Source: Octopus vulgaris
Lineage: Eukaryota
NCBI GenBank assembly: GCA_951406725.2
Contig: OX597815.1
Location: forward strand, 199,764,001-199,828,000
DNA length: 64,000 nucleotides
Direction of reading: 5' to 3'
How positions within the stretch are numbered: the first letter of the stretch is position 1; every line of letters begins with the position of its first letter. Position numbers and translations under genes: made by a program. Under the pieces are notes generated by a model that made no database searches, had not been told where the DNA came from, and worked only from the letters and a program-made list of their open reading frames with translations. Shown here piece after piece: positions 12,577 through 26,553 of this stretch.

Positions 12577-13226
12577 GGCGGCGAGCTGGCAGAAACATTA
12601 ACACGCCGGGCGAAATGCGTAGCCGTATTTCGTTTGTCGCTACGTTCTGAGTTCAAATTCCGCCGAGGTCGACTTTACCTTTAATCCTTTCGGGGTCGAT
12701 AAATTAAGTACCAGTTACGCACTGGGGTCGATATAATCGATTTAATCCGTTTGTCTGTCCTTGTTTGTCCCCTCTGTTTGTAGCCCCTTGTGGGCAGTAA
12801 AGAAATAAGAAACGTTAAGCACGCCGGGTGAAATGCGTAGCCGTATTTCGTCTGCCGTTACGTTCTTGACGGTATTTTGTCCGTGTGAACGTTCTGGGTT
12901 CAAATTCCGCCGAGGTCAACTTTGCCTTTCATCCTTTCGGGGTCGATAAATTAAGTACCAGTTACGCACTGGGGTCGATGTAAACGACTTAATACCTATG
13001 TCTGTCCTTGTTTGTCCTCTCTGTGTTTAGCCCCTTGGGGGTAGTAAAGAAATAGGTATTTCGTCTGTCGCTACGTTCTGAGTTCAAATTCCGCCGAGGT
13101 CGACTTTACCTTTCATCCTTTCGGGGTCAATAAATTAAGTACCAGTTACGCACTGGGGTATTTGTAATTGACTTAATCGCTTTGTCTGTCCTTGTGTGTC
13201 CCCTCTACGTATATCCCCTTGTGGGT
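12577..13226 (+). mobile_element. SINE family C multimer, right arm of an inverted duplication
   Basis: Head at 12577, about three units, sharing private variants with the left arm. Confidence 0.9.
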
Positions 13227-13544
13227 GTGGGATGACGTCAGCAGCTGGGGAGCTGACTGGAACTTGGGGCTGACCGGAAGAGGAAGGAGCAAGAGTGACG
13301 GGCGCGCAGGCAGGGGAGCATTGGGCCTTTTCGATCGGGGTAGCCCATAGGGCTGGACGTGCGAGCGCTTCGACAAGGTAAGGGAAAAGCAGCAGCTATT
13401 TTTAGCGTTCGGGTCGGGCCACATGGAAGGGTACGTTACCACCGAGGAGGTCTTGCGTCGACGAAGAAAAGGTAGGTGTGTCTTTACTTCAAATCTCCCG
13501 CATGCACCACCACAATGAAGAAATGAATATTCTCCAATCCCACA
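13226..13544 (+). mobile_element. Solo-LTR-like GC-rich segment
   Basis: Termini TGTGGGAT...ATCCCACA form an 8 bp inverted repeat with TG..CA ends. GC content rises abruptly. No TSD visible. Confidence 0.45.
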
Positions 13545-14138
13545 CGCTAAAGTCTTAGAAAAGGACAGGATGGTCGTGATTGGAATGCCTTTGATCAAAT
13601 ATCTTGCTCGGTTATTGCCGACCTGTGAGCTAAAAGAAGAACACCATGATCACTACCACTGTCGTCAATAAGAACAGCGACAAAATAACAACAGCAACAA
13701 CAACAACAATAACAACATGGCGGCGACGTAAAGAAAAAGCGATTTACTCTAGACACAATAATTATAAAACGAAGATTAACAAACAAAAAATATAATTGTT
13801 TTTATCAGCAATAACAACACTAAAACAAACCCAATACACAAACAATTATGCTTTAGAAGAAAACCAAACACACACAATTAAAAAAAAACAAACAGAATAA
13901 ATAAATAAATGAAAATAAATAAATAGAAACAAAAGAAATTGCTTGTAGCAAGAACAACAACATCTACAACAGAAGCAGTAGCAGCAATAACAACGAAAAC
14001 AACAATTATAAAATGAATGCGAAACAGCAATAATAATTCTCAAAACAAGAATTGTTTCTTCATCGTAGGAAATAACACAAGAGTCGAAAGAAAAGGATTT
14101 GATGCAGTACAATAACAGCGACTGTTGTAAGAGCATCA

Positions 14139-14535
14139 GGCGTGGCTGTGTGGTAAGAAGCTTGCTTCTCAGCCACACGGTTCAGGGTTCAGTCCTATTG
14201 TGTGACACTTTGGGCAAGTACTTTTTCTTTGTTTTTTTTACTACTTTTTCGGACCGATCAAAGCCTTGTGAGTGGATATTTGGTAGACGGAAACCGAAAG
14301 AAGCCTGACGTATTATTTATGTGTTTGTATCTTTGTGCCTGTGTTTGTCTCCCCACCACCGCTTGACAACCGGTGTTGGTGTGTTTACGTCACAGTATTT
14401 TAACGGTTTGGCAAAATAGAAAGATAGAATAAATACCAGGTTTTAAAGAAATAAGTTCTGGGGTCGATTCATTCGACTAGTTATTCTTCAAAACGATATC
14501 CCAGCATGGCCGTAGTTAAATGACTGAAACAAACA
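14139..14535 (+). mobile_element. SINE family A, older subfamily
   Basis: ggcgtggctgtgtggtaagaagcttgct...gactgaaacaa, diverged from the young copies. Confidence 0.85.
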
Positions 14536-14536
14536 A

Positions 14537-14760
14537 TCTCGTGTTTGACCCTTCTGTCCGGCACTAGTCGTCATGATAGATCGTTAGCTACTACACACAT
14601 TTTTTTTCTCTCCTCGTTTTTTCTGTGTCCCTTTCTGTAGAAGAGCGTAGGCTCGAAACGTAAAAGACTTTTTCTATTCTTGAGCGTTATACTACTAATA
14701 CATCTGTTTGTTTTGTACACCACTTGTCTTCGTCTTTTGTTTTTTCGTAAAGTCACCCTA
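14537..14760 (+). mobile_element. Family H1 element with hammerhead-like motif at 14627-14668
   Basis: Core identical to the 4488 copy; followed by (TA)n. Confidence 0.7.
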
Positions 14761-14864
14761 TATATATATATATATATTGCTGAGACACCTTTCGGTCATG
14801 ACTGACCGTGGGATTGCACCTAGAAAGTTACCCTCCCAGGCACAAGTCCGAGCATATATAATAT

Positions 14865-15135
14865 GAGCGGTTTTGGTATCCAGAAGATCCAAAGGGTAGG
14901 TAAGGCTATGTAAGTGCTACGGAAGAACCGGTGTTAGACTCCTGGTTCGATAATAACTTCTTATAACTCCTTATATTGAACACTACTATTTCCTTCTATT
15001 TAACTCACTCATATCGTCTTTGATGATGGGATGTCTTTTATATCCCTGAAACAGCTGTAAAGCTACCTTTATCTTTATAAAATGCCCTAGAAATTTCACA
15101 CTGCTTTAGCATTGTTGTCTCATTTTATTTAACCT
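14865..15135 (+). mobile_element. (TA)n-embedded element with a hammerhead-like motif at 15016-15064 (family H3)
   Basis: ct-TTGATGA-t-GGGAT...ATCCC-t-GAAAC-AGCT-GTA; stem III ACAGCTGT is a perfect palindrome. Confidence 0.6.
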
Positions 15136-15145
15136 ATATATATAT

Positions 15146-15223
<78 letters not shown>

Positions 15224-15304
15224 GTATGTATGTATATATATATATATATATTTCGTTTGGGATTTGGTTTGCAAGATTCTTTATGTGAGTTTGTGTGTTG
15301 AAGC

Positions 15305-15518
15305 ATATTCTGTTGTGTCTGGAAAGAGTAATTTTCTTTTTGTGCCTAATAATTTAACACACCCGCCGGTAAAATTTCCACTTCTTTCTTATTTTTATTT
15401 TTATTTTTATATAAAAATATAAAAATGAAAATAAAAATAAGAAATAAGTGGAAACTTTACCGGTGAGTGTATTAAGTTATAAGGCACAAAAGGAAAATGA
15501 CTCTCCCTAGACACATCA

Positions 15519-15520
<2 letters not shown>
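15305..15520. repeat. Inverted pair of a (TA)n-associated element, forming a fold-back with ~100 bp arms
   Basis: tgtgtctggaaagagtaattttctttttgtgcct...ccggtaaaatttccactt is mirrored by aagtggaaactttaccgg...aggcacaaaaggaaaatgactctccctagacaca. Confidence 0.8.
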
Positions 15521-15575
<55 letters not shown>

Positions 15576-15578
<3 letters not shown>

Positions 15579-15692
15579 GTTTTGCAAGATTGGGGAACAG
15601 AATGGAATAAGTGGAGCAAGAACACATATGGAAACGAAAAATGTCGGCGAAGGGGTCACAGATGTGTGACGAAAGATTTCTGGACAATGGAC
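15576..15692 (+). mobile_element. (TA)n-adjacent element with a degenerate hammerhead-like motif (family H4)
   Basis: Stem II GTCACA gatg TGTGAC followed by GAAA gatttc tggaca. Second copy at 16599-16713. Confidence 0.5.
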
Positions 15693-16542
15693 AGGCGTTA
15701 AAATAACAAAATAACAGTAATTAACGAGTGAAGAAAAATATATACATATAGTGCGTGTGTTTATTTGGCAAAAAAATAAAAATAAAATGACCATCCCGAG
15801 ATACTACAATATATATGTGCGTGCGCGTGTGTGTGTGAGTGTGTGTGTATTTGTGTGTGGAAGAGATAAGCCGACTATATCGACCCTAGTGTGTAAATGA
15901 TACTCATTTTATTAACCCAGAATATAAAGACGGACAAAATGCTGCCAACCATTTTGTCCGGCGCGTTGACGATTCATCCAGCTCGCCGCTATGATGATAA
16001 CAAATACCTGATTTAGGTGAAAGGGCATCAGTTTGAGAGGAGGGTGGAGTAATCTATACCATCGACTAAGGGACTTGACTAGTACTTTATTTTATCGAAC
16101 CCAAAATGGTCAAAAGTAAAGCTGACCTCGGATGGTTTTGAATTCAGAACCAGAACAAATACGGGTTTCGAATTTTTTGCATATGACCATCAGATTCGTT
16201 GAGGGCGTGACTAAGGCGATTATATCATCTCCAGCAAATTACTGGTACTTATTTTATTGATCCCGAAAGGATGAACGGCAAAGTCGACCGTGTCGGAATT
16301 TGTTCTGAGAAGGTAAAGACGGACGAAATGCCTCTAAGCAAATTATCCGTCTTGTTCCAAGTCCTTTCAGTATTGTATAATACATTGCGTCTTTTGCCGT
16401 AGCGACTAGAGAGAAGAAAACAGCCTGTCTTATATTACCAAATGAAAGTGGCGGGAAAATGCATACTGACTTGCATCGAGCCCTTCAGTTCTAATGGTGT
16501 TTTTGGGGCACCGTTGTGACATGTGGAGTGTCTTATATATGT

Positions 16543-16598
<56 letters not shown>

Positions 16599-16601
<3 letters not shown>

Positions 16602-16713
16602 CGTTTTGCAAGATTGGGGAACAAAATGGAGTAAGCGGAGCAAGAACACACATGGAAACGAAAAGTGTCGGTCAAGAGGTCATAGATGTGTGACGAAAGA
16701 TTTCTGGACAATG
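16599..16713 (+). mobile_element. Family H4, second copy
   Basis: Close match to 15576-15692; starts at a (TA)n boundary. Confidence 0.55.
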
Positions 16714-16769
16714 GTGTCAATCTCTTTCCCGCTTCCACGGCAACCGTTGTATTCAAGAAAGAAAGTGAT

Positions 16770-16846
<77 letters not shown>

Positions 16847-16856
16847 GGGAGAGAGT

Positions 16857-16930
<74 letters not shown>

Positions 16931-17189
16931 GGTAGAATCGGCTCCAGTCTTGAACTTTTTATTTATCTATTGACCTCTGAGTGTATGAAAAGGATAGTTG
17001 AGTTCGGTGAAATTTGAACTCAGATCAGAGTACCAGAATGAATTATTTGCAACAGCCCCACTAGACAGTAATTTTCGAACACTGAACAAGTTCGCAGAAG
17101 ATAGCTTCGAATCGGCAATGATCCAATAGGAACGTGATGCCAGAAATTTTTGGAAATTCTCCAGAGTTATCAGTAAATGGAATTTGTGG

Positions 17190-17608
17190 GCGGTATCAAT
17201 AACAATATATGGATGCGAGACCTGGACACTAAAGAAAGCTGACCAGAAGAGAATTAATGCATTCGAGCTTTGGTGTTGGAGAGGACTTTTGCGGATTCCA
17301 TGGACAGCGAGGCTCACCAATGGAGAAGTTATTAAGCAGATAAGGCCGAAAATGTCGCTAGAAGCTGGGATCACCAAGCGTAGATTGGCATATTTCGGTC
17401 ATATTATGCGGAGAGAATCCTTGGAAAAGGACAACATGCTCGGAATGGTCAGTGGCAAGAGAGGAAGAGGCCGACCAAGAACCCGCTGGCTTGACACCAT
17501 CAGGAGTGATACCGGAATGGACATGGCCAGTCTGAAGGAAGCGGCCCAGGATAGAACTGACTGGAGGACAATGATCCAAAGAGTGACCGAGAGTCGACTT
17601 CAACTGAG

Positions 17609-17678
<70 letters not shown>
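17190..17678 (+). mobile_element. RTE-clade (BovB-like) LINE, 5'-truncated 3' end with (GA)n tail
   Basis: Open frame YGCETWTLKKADQKRINAFELWCWR..LRIPWT..YFGHIMRR..LEK..MLG..GKRGRGRPRTRWLD..DR..WR, the canonical BovB/RTE ORF C-terminus. Confidence 0.92.
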
Positions 17679-17681
<3 letters not shown>

Positions 17682-17723
17682 ATAACAACACCCAGCGTCT
17701 TCACAAGCGATAACTATCTTGGC

Positions 17724-18443
17724 CAGTGGTTCTCAACGGAGGTTCATATGGCCCTTGAGGGTTCTTATAAGATTTTTGGACGTCCACGTATCAAAATAGT
17801 ATACTGGAGATCCACAATAGCATTTTAAGAGCCAGGTTCCTTTCTCTAACATTTTACTTTATTGAATCTATGCAATCATAGGCGCAGGAGTGGCTGTGTG
17901 GTACGTAGCTTGCTCATCAACCACATGGTTCCAGGTTCATTCCCATTGCGTGGCACCTTGGGCAAGTGTCTTCTACTATAGCCTCGGGCCGACCAAAGCC
18001 TTGTGAGTGGATTTGGTAGACGGAAACTGAAAGAAGCCCGTCGTATATATGTATATATATATTTATATATGTATATGTGTATGTGTGTGTGTATATGTTT
18101 GTGTGTCTGTATTTTTCCCCCAACATCGCTTGACAACCGATGCTGGTGTGTTTACGTCCCCGTAACTTAGCGGTTCGGCAAAAGTACTAGGCTTCCAAAG
18201 AATAAGTCCCGGGGACGATTTGCTCGACTAAAAGGCGCTGCTCCAGCATGGCCTCAGTCAAATGACTGAAACGATTAAAAGAGTAAAAGAGTAAGTGAAT
18301 GTTTGAAAAGTAAAATAGGAATTTTGAAAGAAGTTTTTATAAAGCTAGTTTTTTAAACATCGAATGGCCATGGGGGTCCGCCAAAATAAAATAATAACCA
18401 TAGGGGTCCATAGATTAAAAAAAAAAATGGTTGTGAGCCCCTG
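17724..18443. mobile_element. hAT (Charlie-like) MITE interrupted by a SINE
   Basis: TIRs cagtggttctcaac and gttgtgagcccctg; 8 bp TSD atcttggc / atctaggc (7 of 8 match). Confidence 0.75.
17881..18294 (+). mobile_element. SINE family A nested in the hAT MITE
   Basis: Full head and tail present. Confidence 0.92.
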
Positions 18444-18600
18444 ATCTAGGCCAATCAAGGAGCTTCACAGCATATCCAGGAGAACGTCGTCGTACATACC
18501 TTGCAATTTATACTCTGTATATAATGCAAAGTTTGATCTCTCATCGCCAAGCTGAAGTACAGGCTTTCATTGTGATTAGGTTTCTCTTCTGAACTCTTTC

Positions 18601-18832
18601 TTGTTTCTTTACTACCCACAAGGGGCTAAACACAGAGGGGACAAACATGGACAGACAAACGGATTAAGTCAATTATATCGACCCCAGTGCGTAACTGGTA
18701 CTTATTTAATCGACCCCAAAAGGATGAAAGGCAAAGTCGACCTCGGCGGAATTTGAACTCAGTACGTAACGGCAGACGAAATACGGTTACGCATTTCGCC
18801 CGGCGTGCTAACGTTTCTGCCAGCTCACCGCC
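18601..18832 (-). mobile_element. SINE family C monomer
   Basis: TSD cttctgaactctttct on both sides. Confidence 0.92.
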
Positions 18833-19267
18833 TTCTGAACTCTTTCTGCTGAAGTAAGGAGTTGGACGGAGCTGCTCTTCTTTGGGCATTATGATGTGAT
18901 GTGGATTCGTCTGACTAGCTGAAGGTTAAGTGTCATACAATATTTCAAATATCTGACGATCAACCCCTAACGCCCGAACTTAGTTTGCGTCAGGCCCAGA
19001 TATGCAGCTCCGCCAAAGAAACGATCTACGGGAAGATGGGTCTGAGAACCAGCTATTCGACCCAATCACCATCTGGCAGTTGCTACATATGTCTCAGTCT
19101 GAGACCATCAAGAGCATAACAGTGATACCGTTCGCATGTCTGCACACGAAAACAATACCACTAATTCCAGTTCGAATTTTATTCTTGTCAAAAGGATGAC
19201 GGACATGTTCGACTCCATTTTTTAAATCAGAAAATAAATGAACAGAACCCAATACGCTGTGATCTTC

Positions 19268-19498
19268 TTATTTCCTTATTGACCACAAGGGGCTAAACAC
19301 AGAGGGGACAAACAAGGACAGACAAACGGATTAAGTCTATTACGTCGACCCCAGTGCGTAACTGGTACTTAATTTATCGACGCCGAAAGGATGAAAGGCA
19401 AAGTCAACCTTGGCGGAAATTGAACTCAGAACGTAGACAGACGAAATACCGTTTGGTATTTCGCCTGGTGTGCTAACGTTTCTGCCAGCTCGCCGCCT
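19268..19498 (-). mobile_element. SINE family C monomer
   Basis: Matches the family consensus. Confidence 0.9.
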
Positions 19499-20058
19499 TC
19501 AAATGTTAATAACCAAGTGTAGAGCTCAATAAACATCTGCTCCTGAACGAACGTATTTGTCTCTCCAAATAAACTGCACTTCATGTTTGAAGCTCTGATA
19601 TTGTAAGGTGTTACTCAGGCACTCAACTATGAGCCCACCTCATCTCATAGCGGAAACAGCTGTAAGCTAATGAAGTCCATAGGATAATCGCCTATTCGTC
19701 TCTGTCATCTCTTTCTTCTTACTCTAAGCACAGACCGAATGTATCATCGTTATCACTAATTTCAACGTCTCCATAATTACAACGAGCACCGGCCCCATCA
19801 CCGTTACCATAACGACATGAACGCAAGCCAGTCCCGGAGCCTTTATAAGGTTACTCAACACCCAAATCTCCTTCAAATCACAGCCTACTGTCTTATAAAA
19901 AAGATACAAAGATACATTAGATAATGTGGCCTGCGTGATAAGTGTTTATCCGAGGCTAAACAACAGCATCAACAACAACAACAATAACAACAACATGAAC
20001 GAAAACGAGGAAAATACGAATAAGCGTTTGACCCTACACAACCTTATTCTGCTCAGTA

Positions 20059-20094
<36 letters not shown>

Positions 20095-20339
20095 CTTCTG
20101 CCTCCCTCACTGCATTCCGCTCTCTTTAATCAATCAACTTACCTGTTTGACTATTTATCTACCTGCCTAACTACTTACCTATCTACCTGTCTGTCCATCA
20201 GTGTCTGTTTATCTACAACTTCAAGTCTCTAAATTTTTTCCTCTTCATATTTTTAAGATTCTTTACATTATTTTTTATTTTAATTTTTTTAATTTTATCT
20301 AGTTTCAGCTCACGAGCTGTGGCCATGCTGGAGCACCAC

Positions 20340-22915
<2,576 letters not shown>

Positions 22916-22954
22916 GTATCTTCTTTCTTTATTAAATTTTAAATAAATTTTGCT

Positions 22955-25030
22955 CAACTACCAGCTTGTAAAGGGACGCATCTTGCTTTGTTCATCATTC
23001 TATAAATCTTAAGAAAGTCTAGAAAATTTTTCGTGATCATTTGTAGCGTATGAATCACAGATTTTCCTTCTTTCTCCAAGAATCCAAGTCCAGCCATACT
23101 TCGCTTCAGACAGGTTGGTATGTATCCTGTTGCTCCAACGGTTCCAGGTATAAAGCTGAAAGTGCATCTTAGGTACTGGATTTGCAAACTCCTTATCAAC
23201 GATCCAGAAATATCCTTCTCTTGTATTTTCTAACCACATTGGCGTCCAAACTGCAGCTGATTTCCACAATAGAGCATATCTTTTCCTTTTTGTCCCACAT
23301 AACAATGTCTGGCCGGTTATACTTTAACTTGGTGGCTGTTTTAATTTTCAAGCTCCACCATAGGTCTTTGACCTAACTTCGTCTGTAGGTGTTTTATTTC
23401 TTTCCTTATCCTGTTCCAGACTCTTCTGGCCACTGCCTCGTGCGAAGGTAATATCTAGCAGACACTCTCCCGCAGTTAGCATTAATATGATTGATGTTTC
23501 CAGTCTTGTTCTCGCACAGCCTACATTTCTTGTCTGTTAATTATTCCTGCCTTTTATGCTGGAGGCACTTGGTGGAAATCTCTTGTTCTTGAATCTCATG
23601 CCGGTAGCCTTCGAAATGAAATATCATAAACTTGTCGATAATTCATGCCAAACTTTTGACATTATCAATTTCTTCTATGGTTTGTGTTTTTCGTGCCAAG
23701 TACCAATGTACTATCTTCTCTGCGAAATGGTCCATTTATTTTTATTTTGTTCTGATAAATAGATTCTATCAATGTTCCTTGGGGAGAGATGTGTACCAAC
23801 TCTTATTTCGTACATCTCAGGTTCATTAGCTATCCTATTTCTTTACTACCCACAAGGGGCTAAACACAGATAGGACAAACAACGACTGACAAACGGATTA
23901 AGTCGATTACATCGACCACAGTGCGTAACTGGTAGTTATTTAATCGACTCCGAAAGGATGAAAGGCAAAGTCGACCTCGGTGGAATTTAAACTCAGAACG
24001 TAACGGCAGACGAAATACCGATAAGCATTTCGTCCGGCGTGCTAACGTTTCTGCTAGCTCACCACCTTTAGCTATCCTAGTTATGTTAATGATTTCGTGG
24101 TCACAAACTTCGGATAAGATAGTTACTGGTCTCTTTCCTCTGCTGTTGTTTTAATGTCACAATACGTGCTTCACATGACATCAATACAGATTTGAGATTA
24201 CCATCCTTGCGCGGGGAGTATAGCCTATCTACACTTCCAATAATGTTGAAGTTTCATGTAACAAAAGTGAACATCTTGCGAGTTTGAACGTCTATTTTAC
24301 TGAGTACTTGTAGTGACCAGTTCAGAAGGTCAAACGTAGGCGCGAGGAAAAACACTGCAAAAGTGCTGTGGACAGGGCAATATGCTTGTGGTAATCTGCA
24401 TAGTCCCCGCCTTATTTATGGGCTCATCATATCTGACATTCTCATTCTGTCCAGGATACCCGTAATTATCCCATAAGTGTAGAAGTTGCATCTTCAAGCC
24501 GTTCATTCTTTAGGGTTTCAGAAGAGGGCACAGGATTCATTCCAATGTCTGTAGAAAATTGGGTAATGAGGTTCAGCTGTGTTTTTATATGGTTGATATT
24601 TGGCCCCTACAGTTTCAGGTCGTCGACAAAGACAAGATGGAATATACTTTTGGATCTACTTCTGTGGCCACTCTATTTTGTGAGCAGGTATGACAGTGGG
24701 TTTAATGAGAGGATGAAGAGAAGCATCACCCAGAATGATGCCTTTTTGGTAGTGAATGCTATCAGACTTAATTTTCTCCTTATCACTCCTAAGAAGCAAA
24801 GTGGTATACCAAGTCTTGATCTGGCGATCAAAAGCAGTTATAGATCAAGAGCAGTCACACTACAGTTAAGCTGCTGCAATTTTTTCCCGTTCTTTCCCGG
24901 ATCCCTTTGTTAATTAGTAGCACCTGTATACAGACCCACACCCACTTCTTTCCTCCAGCTTGCTCAGGTGTTATAATGTTGTTGGTAGTACAATGATACT
25001 GCAAGAATAAATTGAGATACCCTGGGTATG
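22955..25030 (-). pseudogene. Decayed R4/Dong-like non-LTR retrotransposon (RT, CCHC zinc knuckle, REL endonuclease)
   Basis: Minus-strand motifs in the expected order: NNIITPEQAGGKK..C..LLINK, HLVFVDDLKL (24607-24639), VDRLYSPRKDG, CRLC..HI...C, YNRPDIVMWD, IPGTVGATGYIP. Many stops and frameshifts. Confidence 0.85.
23837..24066 (-). mobile_element. SINE family C monomer inserted in the LINE remnant
   Basis: TSD ttagctatccta. Confidence 0.92.
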
Positions 25031-25034
25031 ATTT

Positions 25035-25700
25035 GTACTTGAAGTAACGTGTGTAACGTGCAATCGTTGCATGGACCATGAAAGAGAATGTTCTCACGGC
25101 GATACCTGCTCAGAAGCCTACGCAAAGTTGCAGAAAGTGTAAGAAGTGGAGTGTATGAGCTGTACACAAGTGTACGAGTGGTTGAGACGTTTCCAAAATT
25201 GCCAAAAAATGTCGATAGTGACGAACGTTCTGGGAGACATGCAACCAGCAGATCTGAGAAAAACATCGCAGATGTGCGTGTAGCTGAGAGGGGAAATAGT
25301 CGAATCACCATCCGTGAGTTATCAGAGGATATGCAGATTAGTTACGGTTCAGTTTAATTCATTATCATTGAAGATTTGGGTATGAGACGACGCGTGTCTG
25401 GCAAGTTTGTGTCAAAATTGCTTTCATCTGACCAAAAGGACACTCGGGCTTCAGTTGCACAAAATCTCCTTGATTGAATCGAAAATGATGACAAGTTTTC
25501 GAAAACTTTGCGTAGGCCCCTGAGTAGGTATGCCCAAGCTTTTCGCAAAATTTGATGAAGATTCCCTGCTTAACTTACTCTGTCATGGTCAATGCGGTGA
25601 ACACACGCTACACACGTTACTTCCAAGCACTGCTGTAAACAGCAGAAGTGAGCTAGAACGTTAAAACTTAATGTACGTGCACGGAAGTGCTTCAGATCAA
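25035..25700 (+). mobile_element. Mariner transposase remnant (N-terminal HTH region) with an inverted duplicate of its 5' end
   Basis: VDSDERSGR..TS..RITIRELSEDMQISYGSV..LGMRR.VS.KFV.KLL..QK..R is a typical mariner HTH and linker. 25505-25630 is the reverse complement of 25038-25135. Confidence 0.82.
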
Positions 25701-25703
25701 CCT

Positions 25704-25932
25704 ATTTCTTTACTACCCACAAGGGGCTAAACACAGAGGAGACAAACAAGGACAGACAAACAGATTAAGTCGATTACATCGACCCCAGTGCGTAACTGGT
25801 ACTTAATTTTTATCGACCCCCGAAAGGATGAAAGGCAAAGTCGACCTCGGCGGAATTTGAACTCAGGACATAACGGCAGACGAAATACGGCTACGCATTT
25901 CGCCCGGCGTGCTAACATTTCTTCCAGCTCGC
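25704..25932 (-). mobile_element. SINE family C monomer
   Basis: TSD cagatcaacct. Confidence 0.92.
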
Positions 25933-26481
25933 AGATCAACCTGTGCCCAGCGGCTTCACTCTGTGCACTTTAGCTTCGTTACTATGGCAACAGTCCAGAT
26001 ACTTATTGATCAGACCACGTATGTTGGACACATGTTGCTTACACACATATACATGTATATGCAGATGGTGTTATATACATAAGCATTCAGCTGCATTGTG
26101 TTTTGATAGCATGGTTAGATGTTACAACGCTTGCTTCATTGTTTTATAAGGTCAACTTGTAAGAAGACAATAAAATTGAATTTATTCATTCTAATTGTAA
26201 TACTGAAGTCATATTCATTGTGATTTATTACAGTTACCCCGGAGGGAATACATAGATTCTTATAGAGTCATATGTAGAACATATAATCGTAGAACACTTC
26301 AGGTCAGGTGTCCTCAAATGAAAAAATATATTCAGCGTGTTTGAAAGCAGAGTGTAGCGTTTTACATCTTATACTTTAGCGATTCAGACTATGAATATGT
26401 TGTTCTGCAGATGAAACGCCTAGTAAAATTGCAAGGAGCTTTTCACACAGACACAGACACAGACACAGACACACAGACACA

Positions 26482-26553
<72 letters not shown>

